From NCBI RefSeq assembly GCF_004010195.1, contig NC_057749.1, positions 21,965,998 through 22,022,673 of the forward strand: DNA of 56,676 nucleotides. The letters run 5' to 3'. The notes under the pieces were generated by a model. That model was not told where the DNA came from. It searched no databases and was given only the letters and a program-made list of their open reading frames with translations. Positions within the stretch are counted from its first letter, which is position 1. Each line of letters begins with the position of its first letter. A program made the position numbers and the translations under genes. Source of the DNA: Chiloscyllium plagiosum (lineage: Eukaryota). Below, piece by piece: positions 12,543 to 24,337 of this stretch.

Positions 12543-12699
12543 TTGCTGATGCTGGGATGTAGGGTGGGGAAGCATCGATGGGGACGGGTGGAGACTTAGC
12601 AACAAAGGCAGGTGTTTCTTCCCAACATCCTCCCCCCACCTCCCTCCTCCACTCACCTCCTGATGATAGGCCATTTGATCAGGTAGAGTTCCTCTGAAT

Positions 12700-13372
12700 G
12701 TGAGAGGACCCTCACCTCCACCTGCCCTCCCCGCCCAACACTCACCCACCACCCCCCCCGGACTTCCCCACCCTCCTCCCACCACCACCCCGCACTCCCC
12801 TACCTTCCCCCACCACCCCACACTATCCCACCCNNNNNNNNNNNNNNNNNNNNNNNNNNNNNNNNNNNNNNNNNNNNNNNNNNNNNNNNNNNNNNNNNNN
12901 NNNNNNNNNNNNNNNNNNNNNNNNNNNNNNNNNNNNNNNNNNNNNNNNNNNNNNNNNNNNNNNNNNNNNNNNNNNNNNNNNNNNNNNNNNNNNNNNNNNN
13001 NNNNNNNNNNNNNNNNNNNNNNNNNNNNNNNNNNNNNNNNNNNNNNNNNNNNNNNNNNNNNNNNNNNNNNNNNNNNNNNNNNNNNNNNNNNNNNNNNNNN
13101 NNNNNNNNNNNNNNNNNNNNNNNNNNNNNNNNNNNNNNNNNNNNNNNNNNNNNNNNNNNNNNNNNNNNNNNNNNNNNNNNNNNNNNNNNNNNNNNNNNNN
13201 NNNNNNNNNNNNNNNNNNNNNNCCTCACACTCACCCACACCAACCCTCCGAGTGCCCACACCCTCCCCTCACACTCACCCACAACACCCTCTGAGCTCTC
13301 CCTGCCCTCCCCTCACACTCACCCTCCGAGCTCCCTCTGCCCTCCCCTCACACTCACCCTCCGAGCTCCCCC
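12700..13372. repeat. C-rich low-complexity/short tandem repeat containing a 389-N gap (12834-13222)
   Basis: CCCTCCCCTCACACTCACCCTCCGAG-like units right of the gap; poly-C tracts left of it. Confidence 0.9.
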
Positions 13373-13484
13373 TGTGAATAGCGAAGACGCGTTTACGGTG
13401 CTGCAGAAAGGGACACTGATGGAGATTGCTACTGAAGGGAGTAAATGCTTGGTTTCTAGTTATAAATACAGGGTACCTCCAGCT

Positions 13485-13736
13485 CTATTGTTTTCTGATC
13501 ACGCTGTTCAGGGATGCTACTACACACCTCAGGACCAGGTGAGACTTGAACCCAGGCTTCCTAATCCAAAGACAGGGACACTATCACTTTCCCACAAACA
13601 CACCATGTAATCCAGCATTTTAAAAAATGTAAGCTAATTTTCCTAATCAGCCTGTTACTATAGGCCTCTGGGGCAGGTGGGTCTTGAACCCAGGCCTCTT
13701 ATTCCTGAGGTAGGGACATTACCACAAAAAGCCCAG
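13485..13736 (-). mobile_element. Two adjacent short tRNA-derived SINE-like elements
   Basis: Two copies of CTTGAACCCAGGC...AGGGACA(C/T)TA(T/C)CAC, i.e. reverse B-box GGGTTCAAG; related copy near 56375-56460 (+). Confidence 0.6.
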
Positions 13737-14644
13737 CTACAGAACAGCTGCTTTTGAATAACTGCTGCTGGAAGGTGAGAGAGTCAAATTGATGGGGTGG
13801 GGAGTTTCTGCTGAGACACATGAGTAAAAAGTAAAGGCGAGACGGATTTGACACATGGGCAGAGACAGAGGGAGTTGGGAATTTGTCACTTTGCTCTGAG
13901 TACAGAACTGTACAAACATTTTTCTTTAAATAACACGCCACCTCTTTGCAGATTGTTAAGGTGGTGAGTGTATGCAGCTGAAGGTCAGCCCGTAATGTGA
14001 GCGGGAGAAATTTGCCAATTATATTCTCAGCATGCTCTGCATATTTACTTTCTAGTACCGTTCAATTAAATTTATTTTGGGGGAAAAAAAAGACACAATG
14101 GGAGTCACTCTGAACTTCCACCTTTGGGGTTGGTTGTGAACTCAGCCAGCCTGAGAGTGCGAAAGGTGGGGTGGTAATAGAATTCCAGGCAGGAGCTGGA
14201 ATTGGGGGCCAGGGTAATTACTGAGGAATCACACTCGGGTACGATACAGACACAGTAAACCCTGAGTGAAGCAGCTGTAAATGAGCAGCCAGTTGCTGAA
14301 GGCAATAGCAGATTCTCAAACCCGTGCATAGTTTCTCTCCAATTAGACAGAGAGAGAGAGAGAGGGAGAGAAAGAGGAAAATCTCCTTCAGTTGTTGGTT
14401 GGCAGGGTTCAAAGTCGAACGTGTTGAGAAGGTAGTCCAGCGCGATTTCTGCAGAACTGCAGGGCATGGAACGGAGAGGTGACAGTGAAGAGGAGAGGGA
14501 GCTCACGGTGTAATGAAGGCTGCTGAGCAGCAGATGGCAGTCTAAAGCTGACAGTCAAACAACATGGTCAGGTAGACTACCGAGAATAATGATCTGTCAG
14601 CATACCTGAGCTGATAGTGGCTCACTGCTCCCATGTCCTGGTCT

Positions 14645-14845
14645 CTAATCATAGATTCCCTATAGTAGGGAAGGAGGGCATTCAGCCCATCGAATCCATG
14701 ATCCCTCCAAAGAGCATCCCACCCAGACCCACCCCCCCTGCTATCCTATCCCTGCATTTCCAATGGCTAACCCACCCAGCCTGTACACCCCTGGACACTA
14801 CAGGCAATTTAGCATGGCCAATCCACCCTAACCTACACAGCTTTG
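14645..14845 (-). mobile_element. HE1 SINE 3' half
   Basis: Tail plus GGCAATTTAGCATGGCCAATCCACCCTAACCT. Confidence 0.85.
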
Positions 14846-14895
14846 ACTTCACCTGATGAAGGAGTAGCCCTCTGCAAAGCTTGTGATTTCAAATC

Positions 14896-15200
14896 GGGGT
14901 GGCTCAGTGGTTAGCACTGCTACCTCACTGCGCCAGGGACACGCGTTCGATTCCAGCCTTGGGCGACTGTCTGCCTGGAGTTTGCACATTCTCCCCGTGA
15001 CTGCGTGGATTTCCTCACGCTAATCCAAAGATGTGCAGGTCAGGGTGAATTGGCCATGCCAAATTGCCCATAGTTTTCAGGGATGTGTAAGTGAGGCGCA
15101 TTAGTCAGGGGTAAATGTAGGGGAATGGGTCTGGGGAGGTTACTTATCGGAGGGTTGGTGTGAACTTGTTGGGCCAAGTGGCCTGTTTCCACACTGTAGG
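14896..15200 (+). mobile_element. HE1-type V-SINE
   Basis: GTGGCTCAGTGGTTAGCACTGC...GTTTCCACACTGTAGGG. Confidence 0.92.
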
Positions 15201-15254
15201 GGTGCAATATGAAAACAATCTATTGGTTTATAATCCAGTGTCATGTGATTTTGC

Positions 15255-15372
15255 ACAGTGAGAGAAGAGGGTGAATGTGCAAACGCCACACACACACAGT
15301 CACCTGAGGGTGGAATCGAACCCAGATCCCGGGTGCTATGAGACAATAGCGTTAACCACTGAGCCACTCCCT
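15255..15372 (-). mobile_element. HE1 SINE 5' part
   Basis: GAATGTGCAAAC...GGAATCGAACCC...TAACCACTGAGCCAC. Confidence 0.8.
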
Positions 15373-15459
15373 TACTAGGAACAGCAGAAGCAGAGGTGAT
15401 AGGGTTAGTAGTAGAGAATAATTGTACTATTAATCCAGAGACCCAAGAAACTGAAAGGC

Positions 15460-15570
15460 CCATGGATGCTGGAAATCTAAAATGAAACCAAAAATTGTTG
15501 GAAAATCTCAATGTTGATGGGGAGAAATTAGAGTTACGGTTTCAGGTCCAGTGACCCTTCCTCAGGACAG
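15460..15570 (-). mobile_element. Short Penelope-derived element with hammerhead-like motif
   Basis: Minus strand CTGAGGA-AGGGTC ACTG GACCT-GAAA; related copies at ~20725-20842, 54410-54480 and 55845-55962. Confidence 0.6.
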
Positions 15571-15827
15571 ATTCTAAAATGGAGGACTGAGAGTAGTTTG
15601 GATCTTGCAGCTGCTCCTAAGATTCAAGCATTTTTTTAGAATTACTTCTAAATTTCTAACACGAATATGAAAGTATTGGAGGGATATGGCCAAGTGCAGG
15701 CAGGTGGGGCTAGTTTAGTTTGAGATTATGTTTGCCATAGACTGTTTGGACTGAAGGGTCTGTTTCTGTGCTGTATGACTCTATAAATGCATCTGGGGAT
15801 CTGAGTTCAAATCCTACCATGGTACGT

Positions 15828-18800
15828 AGAGTCATATAGATGTACAACATGGAAACAGTCCCCTCGGACCAATGCACCCATGCTGATCAGATACCTTAAA
15901 TTAATCTAGTCCATATCCATCTAAATCCTTCCTATTCATTTACCCATCCAGATGCCTTTTAAATGTTGCAATTGTACCAGCCTCCATCACTTCCTCTGGT
16001 AGCTCATTCCATAAACGTACCACCCTCTGCGTGAAAAGGTTACTTCTTCGGTCTCTTTTATATCTTTCCCCCCTCACCCTAAACCTATGCTCTCCGGTTC
16101 CAGACTCCCCCAGACAAGGGAAAAGACCTTGTCTATTCACCCTATCCAGGCCCCTCATGATTTTATAAAGCCCTGTAAGATCACCCCTCAGCCTCTGACG
16201 CTCCAGGGAAAACAGCCCCAGCCTATTCAGCCTCTCCCTACAGCTCAAATCCTCCAACCCTGGCAACCACTTCATAAGTCTTTTCTGAACCCTTTCAAGT
16301 TTCACAACATCCTGCCTATAGCAGGGAGGATAGAATTGCACGCAATATTCCAAACGTGGCCAAACCAATGTCCTGTTCACTCACAACATGATGTCGCTAC
16401 CGCTTACTCAACGCTCTGACCAATAAGGGCAAGCACATCAAACATCACCTTCACGATCCTATCTACCTGCAACTCCACTTTCAAGGAGCTATGAACCTGC
16501 ACTCCAAGGTCTCTTTGTTCAGCAACACTCCCAAGGACCTTACCATTAAGTGTGTAAGTCCTGCTAAGATTTGCTTTCCCAAAATGCAGCACCTCACATT
16601 TATCTGAATTAAACTTCATCTGCCACTTTCAATTGGCCCATCTGATCAAGATCCCATTATATTCTGAGGTAACCTTCTTTGCTGTCCACTACACCTCCAA
16701 TTTTGGTGTCATCTGCAAACTTACTAACTGTACCTCTTATGCTTACATCCAAATCATTTTTTAAAATGATGAAAAGTAGAGGACCCAGCACCGATCCTTG
16801 TGGCACACCACTGGTCACAGGCCTCCAGTCTGAAAAACAACCTTCCACCACCACCCTCTGTCTTCTACCTTTGAGCCAGTTCTGTATCCAAATGGCTAGT
16901 TCTCCCTGTATTCTATGAGATCTAACCTTGCTAATCAGTCTCCAATGGGGAACCTTGTTGAACACCTTACTGAAGTCCATGTAGATCACAACTACTGCTC
17001 TGCCCTCATCAATCCTCTTTGTTACTTCTTCAAAAAACTCAATGAAGTTCATGAGACATGATTTCCCATCCACTAAGCCATGTTGACTATCCCTAATCAA
17101 TCTCTGCAGTTCCAAATACATGTACATCCTGTCCCTCAGGATTCCCTCCAACCACTTGCCCACCATCGACATCAGGCTCACTGGTCTATAGTTCCCTGGC
17201 TTGTCCTTACCACCCTTCTTAAATAGCAGTACTATCTTAGCCAACCTCCAGTCTTCCAGCAGCTCACCTGTGATTATCAAAGATACAAATATCTCAGTAT
17301 GAGGCCCAGCAATCACTTCCCTAGCTTCCCATAGAGTTCTAGGATACAACAGATCAAATCCTGGAGAATTGTCTACCTTTATGCATTTCAAGACTTGCGG
17401 CACTTCCTCCTCTGTAATATAGACATTTTTTCAAGATGTCACCATCTATTTCCCTACATTCTACATCTTCCATGTCCCTCTTCACAGTAAACACTGATGC
17501 AAAATACTCGTTTAATATCTCCCCCATCTCCTGCGACTCCACACAAAGGCCGCCTTGCTGATCTTTGAGGGGCCCTATTCTCTTCCTAGTTACCCTTTTG
17601 TCCTTAATGTATGTGTAAAAACCCTTTGGATTCTCCTTAACCCTATTTACCAAAGCTATCTCATGTCCCTGTTTTGCCCTCCGGATTACCCTCTGAAGTA
17701 TATTCCTCCTGCCTTTATACTCTTCTAAGGATTCACTCACTCTATACCTGACATATGCTTCCTTCTTAACCAAAGCCTCAATTTTTCTCATCATCCAGCA
17801 TTCCCTATACCTACCAGCCTTCCCTTTCACCCTGACAGGAATATACTTTCTCTGGATTCTTGTTATCTCATTTCTGAAGGCTTCCCATTTTCCAGCCGTC
17901 CCTTTACCTGCGAACATCTGCTCCCAATCAACTTTCGAAAGTTCTTGTCTAATACCGTCAAAGTTGGCCTTTCTCCAATTTAGAACTTCAGCTTTTAGAT
18001 CTGGTGTATCCTTTTCCATCACTATTTTAAAACGAGTAGAATTATGGTCGCTGGCCCCAAAGTGCTCCCCCACTGACACCTCAGTCACCTGCCCTGCCTT
18101 ATTTCCCAACAGTAGGTCAAAATTTGCACTTTCTCTAGTAGGTACATCCATAGATTGAATCAGAAAGTTTTCTTGTACACACTTAACAAATTCCTCTCTA
18201 TCTAAACCCTTAACATTATGGCAGTCCCATTTTACGTTTGGAAAGTTAAAATCCCCTACCATACATAACCACACTATTATTCTTACAGATAACTGAAATT
18301 TCCTTCCAAATTTGTTCCTCAATTTCCCTCTGACTGTTAGGGGGTCTATAATACAATCCTAATAAGGTGATCATCCCTTTCTTATTTCTCAGTTCCACCC
18401 AAATAAATTCCCTGGATGTATTTCCGGGAATATCCTCCCTCAGCACAGCTGTAATGCTATCCCTTATCAAAAATGCCACTCCCCCTCCTCTCTTGCCTCC
18501 CTTTCTATCCTTCCTGTAGCATTTGTATCCTGGAACATTAAGCTGCCAGTCCTGCCCATCCCTGAGTCATGTTTCTGTAATTGCTATGATATCCCAGTCC
18601 CATGTTCCTAACCATGCCCTGAGTTCATCTGCCTTCCCTGTTAGGCCTCTAGCATTGAAGTAAATGCAGTTTAATTTATTACCCCTACCTTGTCCCTGCC
18701 TGCCCTGACTGTTTAAAACATAGAACATAGAACATTACAGTGCAGTACAGGCCCTTCGGCCCTCAATGTTGCGCCGCCCTGTCATACTAATCTGAAGCCC

Positions 18801-19235
18801 ATCCCACCTACACTATTCCATGTACGTCCATGACTTAAATGCACTTAAACTTGGCGAATCTACTACTGTTGCAGGCAAAGCATTCCATACCCTTACTACT
18901 CTCTGAGTAAAGAAACTACCTCTGACATCTGTCTTATACCTATCTCCCCTCACTTTAAAGTTGTGTCCCCTTGTGTTTGCCGTTCCCATACTTGAAAAAA
19001 GGCTCTCCCTGTCCACCCTATCTAACCCTCTGACTTGCTCCTTTTCCCAACTGTACCAGTCTCAGATTGATCTCTTTCCTCACTATTTCCCTGGGTCCCA
19101 ACCCCCCACCACGTTACTAGTTTACATCCTCCTGAGCAGCTCTAGCAAATCTCCCTGCCAGTATTTTAATCCCCGTCCAATTCAGGTGCAATCCATCTTT
19201 CTTGTACAGGTCACTTCTACCCCAGAAGTGATTCC
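15828..19235 (-). mobile_element. CR1 LINE with near-complete disrupted ORF2 (APE endonuclease + RT) and the end of the ORF1 region
   Basis: Minus strand reads [72 protein letters not shown] over five ORF pieces; 3' tail at ~15830; interrupted at 18717-19031. Confidence 0.97.
18717..19031 (-). mobile_element. Nested CR1 3' end of another subfamily, (TTCTATG)n tail
   Basis: AACATAGAACATAGAACAT tail; DRESLF..TRGHNFKVRGDRYKTDVRGSFFTQRVVRVWNALP. Confidence 0.92.
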
Positions 19236-19368
19236 AGTTATTGGATTATCCGGCAAGATCACAAGGTCTCAGCTGAACTATGTCATCCCACATTCGATTA
19301 TCGGGAATTCGATTAACCGAACGAAACACTCCCTGCCTGGTGTTCTTCGAATAATCGAGGTCCCTCGA
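19236..19368. mobile_element. Partial Tigger/pogo-like non-autonomous DNA element
   Basis: Ends TTCGAATAATCGAGGTCCCTC, matching the right TIR of 52133-52831; shares internal GATTATCCG repeats. Confidence 0.65.
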
Positions 19369-19371
19369 TGA

Positions 19372-19683
19372 CAAGTCCTGTCCTGATTTGCCTTTTCAAA
19401 ATGCAGCACTTCACATTTATCTAAATTAAACTCCATCTGCCACACCTCAGCCCATTGGCCCATCTGATCAAGATCCTGTTGTACTCTGAGGTAACTTTCT
19501 TCACTGTCCACAACACCTCCGATTTTGGTGGCACCCGCAAACGTACTAACTATACCTTCTATGTTCACATGCAAATCAGTTATATAAATGATGAGAGGCA
19601 GTTGGACTCAGCACCGATCCTTGTGGCACACTGCTGGTCACAGGCCTCTGGTCTGAAACGCAACCCTCAACCACCACCCTGTG
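19372..19683 (-). mobile_element. CR1 RT internal fragment
   Basis: [14 protein letters not shown] (degenerate KFADDTK)...WQMEFNLDKCEVLHF. Confidence 0.9.
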
Positions 19684-19777
19684 TTGGAAGCTCAATCAAA
19701 TTTGAAAAGAAGTTGGATTTAAAGTGCAATGTTGCCCCATGGGATCATTGCTGATGGTTCGAAAAATGGAAGGGATG

Positions 19778-19890
19778 GAAGGGCTTTTGCTCGAAACGTT
19801 GATTTTCCTGCTCCTTGGATGCTGCCTGACCTGCTGCGCTTCTCCAGCACCACATTAATCTGGACTCTGATCTGCAGTCCTCGCTTTCCT
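19778..19890 (+). mobile_element. Penelope-derived short element (partial)
   Basis: GAAGGGCTTTTGCTCGAAACGTTGATTTTCCTGCTCCTTGGATGCTGCCTGACCTGCTG; same family as 24338, 31009, 32662 and 50821. Confidence 0.8.
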
Positions 19891-19899
19891 CAAAAAAAA

Positions 19900-20195
19900 T
19901 TTACAACCCAGGAACAGGCCCTTCGGCCCTCCAAGCCTGAGCCAATCCAAATCCACTGTCTAAACCTATTGCCTAATTCCTAAGCATCTCTGTCCCTCTA
20001 CTCCCCACCAGGCATGAATCTACCATGCCTGCCTCTACTACCTGTGCTGGTAACATGTTCCAGACACCTACCACCCTCTGTGTGAAGTCCTTTCCACGTG
20101 TATCCCCCTTAAACTTTTCACCTCTCATGTTGAACACGTGACCTCTCCTTATTGAATCCCTCACCCTGGGAAAAAGCTTATCTCCAGCTACCCTG
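19900..20195 (-). mobile_element. CR1 3' end
   Basis: RGEKFKGDTRGKDFTQRVVGVWNMLP; ACAGGCCCTTCGGCCC tail. Confidence 0.88.
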
Positions 20196-20889
20196 ATTTA
20201 GTCTTTGAGTTTGTATAAGGTCAGAATTGATAGATTTCTAATTACCAGTGGAGGGATAGGCTGGGTAAAAGGCAATGAAGTGTTCAATCAGCCATGATGG
20301 TATTGAACAGCAGGGCATGCTTGATGGGCTGAATGGCCTCCTCTTATTCCTTTAACCTTCTAATAAGTGATTATTCCCTCATTTCCTTCCTTAAACCTTT
20401 GAGCAAGCCTTTGGTCAACTGCTCCAATATCTCCTCCTGTTGCTCATTGCCATACTTTGTTGTTACACTCCCATGAAGTACCCTGGGACATCTCACTATA
20501 TTAAGGTGCTTTCAGAAAGAAAGTTCCATCTGTTGTACAGTCTGGATAAAGATGTTTCCCATGAATTCCCCTGTTTAAGTCATTACTGGCAATCTTTATG
20601 GTGCCTGCTTTGGGCTCAATGCAAATGGAATCATTTTGGAGTGAAGTTCTTGGATCTCCCTAAGGAACAGAGCAGGGGAAAGTCCCTTGGCCTCCTGGAA
20701 CACACCCTGCTGGACTGGAATAAAGCCAAAGTACTGCAGATATTGAAACACAGAGAACACTGGAGAAACTCAGCAGGCATGGCAGCATGAGCTGAGAGAG
20801 AAACAGAGTTAATGTTTCAAGTCAGGTATGGCCTCTTCGGAATTTGTCACAATGCACTCTTTGTATCCACCTCACTAATTGCTTTCTCA

Positions 20890-21190
20890 CTTCTCAGTTT
20901 ACCATCAGCAGACAACATCCAATTCATTAACATAGATTGTAACATCCGAGGCTCTGTTAAATTCAGTTGTTACAGTTTGCCAACCTAGAAATGACCCATT
21001 TATTCCAATGCACTCTTTCTGTTAGTGAGCCAATCCTCTATCCAATAGTGAGCTGATCCTATATCTAATTCACTCAGTGCTAATATATAGCTCCACCATT
21101 ACGTTATTCAGTGAACTTCTATGTGGTATGTTATCGAACTTCTTTTGGAAATCCAAATACACTATTTTATTGGTTCCCCTTTATCTACCC
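20890..21190 (-). mobile_element. Old CR1 RT fragment
   Basis: Minus strand resembles VDKGEP..VYLDFQK..WIEDWL.NRKQRV.ING.F..WQ.V. Confidence 0.65.
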
Positions 21191-21464
21191 TGTTGTAGGT
21201 AAAGTCACCATTGTCTTATCAGACCATAATGCTATGCTCTTATTAGAGAAAGACAACTATTGGTGGTTTAATCTGAGGGTCATCACGCCTCAAACGAAGA
21301 GGGAGTTTGAGAAGGAGAGCTGGCTTGTGATGCCAATAGTCTGGGTTCAATTCCCACACCGGCTGAGGTTACCATGAAGGGAGGTAAGGGAACATGATTG
21401 CAGGCTGGAGAAATCAGAGCACTGGCAACTTCCGCATTCAGGCACAGTCTAGTCATTGGCATGA

Positions 21465-21760
21465 AGAGTGGGATTGGGATCAGGATCACTCTACGGCATA
21501 AAGTTTGCAGAATGGGATTGGGAATACTGTGGGATTGGCTTGCTGTTTGGGATTAGGAATGATGGCATGTGATTTGGAATGAATGGGTGAGATTGGGATT
21601 GGAGTGTGGGATTGGCTTGGTGTTTGGGATTAGGAATGATGGTGTGTGAGTTGGAATCAATGGGTGAGATTGGGATTGGGGTGTAGGATTGGTGTTGATC
21701 TTTGGGTTTGGGATTGCTATGTGGGACTGAATGCAAGAATAGGTCGGAAATTGGGAACTC
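21465..21760. repeat. Degenerate GGGATT-rich repeat
   Basis: Many GGGATTGG/GGGATTAGG words with a ~78-bp higher-order duplication (GGGATTGGCTT...GGGATTAGGAATGATGG...TGGGTGAGATTGGGATTGG). Confidence 0.75.
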
Positions 21761-21789
21761 TGTGGTGAATGTTTCAATTCCTGACTCCC

Positions 21790-22420
21790 CAAAGCCTCTC
21801 CACCATCTACAAGTCACAAATTAGGATGGTGATGGACTACTCTCCACTTATCTGGATGGATGCAGCTCCACCAACACTCAATAAGCTCGACACCATCCAG
21901 GACGAAGCAGACCATTTGATTGCAATCACTCCACTAACTTAAGCATCATAGCACAACTCTCCCGTCATCATAGTAGCAGCGGTGTTTATAAAATGCACTG
22001 CAGAAATTCATCAGGTTCATAGAACATAGAGCATTATACAGCAGTACAGGCCCTTTGGCCCTCGATACTGACCTGTGAAATCAAGCTAAAGCCCACCTAT
22101 TCCACTATCATCCATATGTTTATCCAATAACCATTTAAACACCCTTAATGTTGGCAAGTCCACTACTGTTAGAACCTTCAAATATCCAATTACTTCCATG
22201 TGGAAGGACGAGGGCAGCAGATACATGGGAACGTCACCCCCTGCAAGTTCTCCTCGAAGACACACATCATTCTGACCTGGAAATATATCGCAGTTCCTTC
22301 AGAGTCGCGGGGACAAAATCCTAGAGTTCCCTCGAGCACTGGGAGTGTATCCATCCATATGGAATGCAGTGGTTCAAGAAGACAGCTCACTAATATCTTT
22401 GCGAGGGACAATTAATGATG
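21790..22420 (+). mobile_element. Second-family CR1/L2-group LINE 3' region with a nested CR1 tail (~22018-22170, -)
   Basis: LSTIYKSQIRMVMDYSPLIWMDAAPPTLNKLDTIQDEA, an RT C-terminal motif; nested CATAGAACATAGAGCAT tail. Confidence 0.8.
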
Positions 22421-22879
22421 AACAGTAAGGATGGTGCCTGCTTTGAATGTATAAAGCAAAATGCTTAGAGTCATATAGATCTACACACAAATATACACTG
22501 AGTGACACATGGAAATGCAAACCTACACACAGTTGGGAATAAAATATTGGTTCTTGACCCTCTTTTCCAGGTTTAAAGTGGGACCAAACTGAAGCAATTC
22601 TATGTTTCTTGCATCAGCATCACATGAAAATATAGGCCTCATAATCCCTGGTGATGGACTAAAAGAGGTTATATATGTGAGAATCTATGTTAGGGGACAT
22701 GGTGACACATTGGATTATTGCAAGCAATGCAGTGGTCAGGTGCGACGTGCCTATTTGGGGAGTATTTTTAATCTGAAAGACCTTGTTAATCCACTCACTC
22801 TCCTTCATCATCCATCATCATCCCCCACTACCTCGTCCGCTAGGTTTACTTTCCAAAGTTCACGCCTCCCTTGAGTTAT

Positions 22880-23016
22880 AATGTGGAGGTGCCAGTGTTG
22901 GACTGGGGTGGATAAAGTCAGAGGTCACCTGATGAAGGAGCAGCGTTCAGAAAGCTTGTGATTTCAAATAAAATGTATTGAACCATGACCTGGTGTCATG
23001 TGACTTCTGACGTTTT
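22880..23016 (+). mobile_element. Penelope-derived short element with hammerhead-like motif
   Basis: CAC-CTGATGA-AGGAGCAGCGTTCA-GAAAGCTT-GTG; flanked by duplicated CCCTTGAGTTA. Confidence 0.75.
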
Positions 23017-24337
23017 CCCCTTGAGTTAGATGGAGCTACAACACACGACTATAACTCACTCATAAAAGCTGAGCTCAGAGTTTAATGTCTTTCTCTCAAT
23101 TTGGGTTCATTCTCTCCATCATCTAATTAAATGTAACTGGGCTAGACCCAATTTTTTACGCTTTTCTTTATATTTAAATCTAGAGACAGTGAACAAAAGA
23201 TAAAAACCAGGACAAAGATGACAATTTTCTTAAGATAATTGGAAAAGGTAGCCACAGGAAAATGACAAATGCAGAATTATCTGGTCCAGAATGTTTTGGC
23301 CAACTCAGGACCATTTTCTGCGAGATGGGGATGTGTTGGAAAGATTGTCAGATTCTTCAAAAACTCTCCAGAGTGGAAGTGAAGTTTCAAGATATGCACT
23401 GTCAGACGAGGAGGGGCTCAGAGACGCAGTAGACAACTTTGCTTCCAGCACAAACACAACTTCAGCTGATAACCTGTTCATCATCTCAGGGAGAAAAAAA
23501 AAGTTTCTATTAAATTCCCTGCTTCCGAAGACATTAACATTGCAGAATAAAACTTCAACGTTCCCCCACACAGCAGCTGCCTGGGGCAATGACTGTGTTC
23601 GGAGTGTAGTTTGTTATTTGTAGATCACAGGTTGCAATGTTCACAGTGTTTCATGATTAATTAATCATTACAAATCCCTAAATAATACCATAAATAATTA
23701 TTGCTGGGGTTGATTATTTTTCTATCCATTTCAGGGTTATTGTAAATGATCTAATCCCGCAGGATGTACCAATTTCCTTTTGTTGAGTAATGGATTAACA
23801 AAAGGGATTACAGTCAGAATGCAAGCGCTCAATTTAAACAAAGATCTGAGACTAAATGATAAACAAAATCACTCTCGTTCCTCCTGTTTATTTAGGAAAT
23901 GACTCAAAGCAGATTAAAATTATCCGAGAACAATCCACGACATTACTTTTATAAAATGTTTGATGTACTTTAAAGAGCATCAGACAAGTGCACTCAGCTT
24001 CTCTCTGTGATTCATCGACCCTTCAGGGAGTCATGGTGCTCATTTCATTTTTCTCCTTTGCTGAGCTACTTGCCAGCTTGTTTTCTGCATCTTCTGTTCC
24101 AGGTTTCCAACTATTCCCCATCACTTTAGGATGAGCAGAAATGCCCATCAATTAAATATTGTGAAGAGCAAAGACATTCTTCTCAGTTCCTGTCATGAAA
24201 TTCCACTCCCACGCTATGGAGCCCATTCCTCTTTCTGTCCATGTCCTGAGATTGAACCAAACGGTTTTCCCACTTGCTTGTTGTAATTCACCCCAAGGTG
24301 AGCTTCTGACCATCTACTGACTCCATTATGAAGACTG

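Noticed and set aside
11022..13377. Long ORFs of 160-257 aa
   Set aside because: Artefacts of reading through N gaps.
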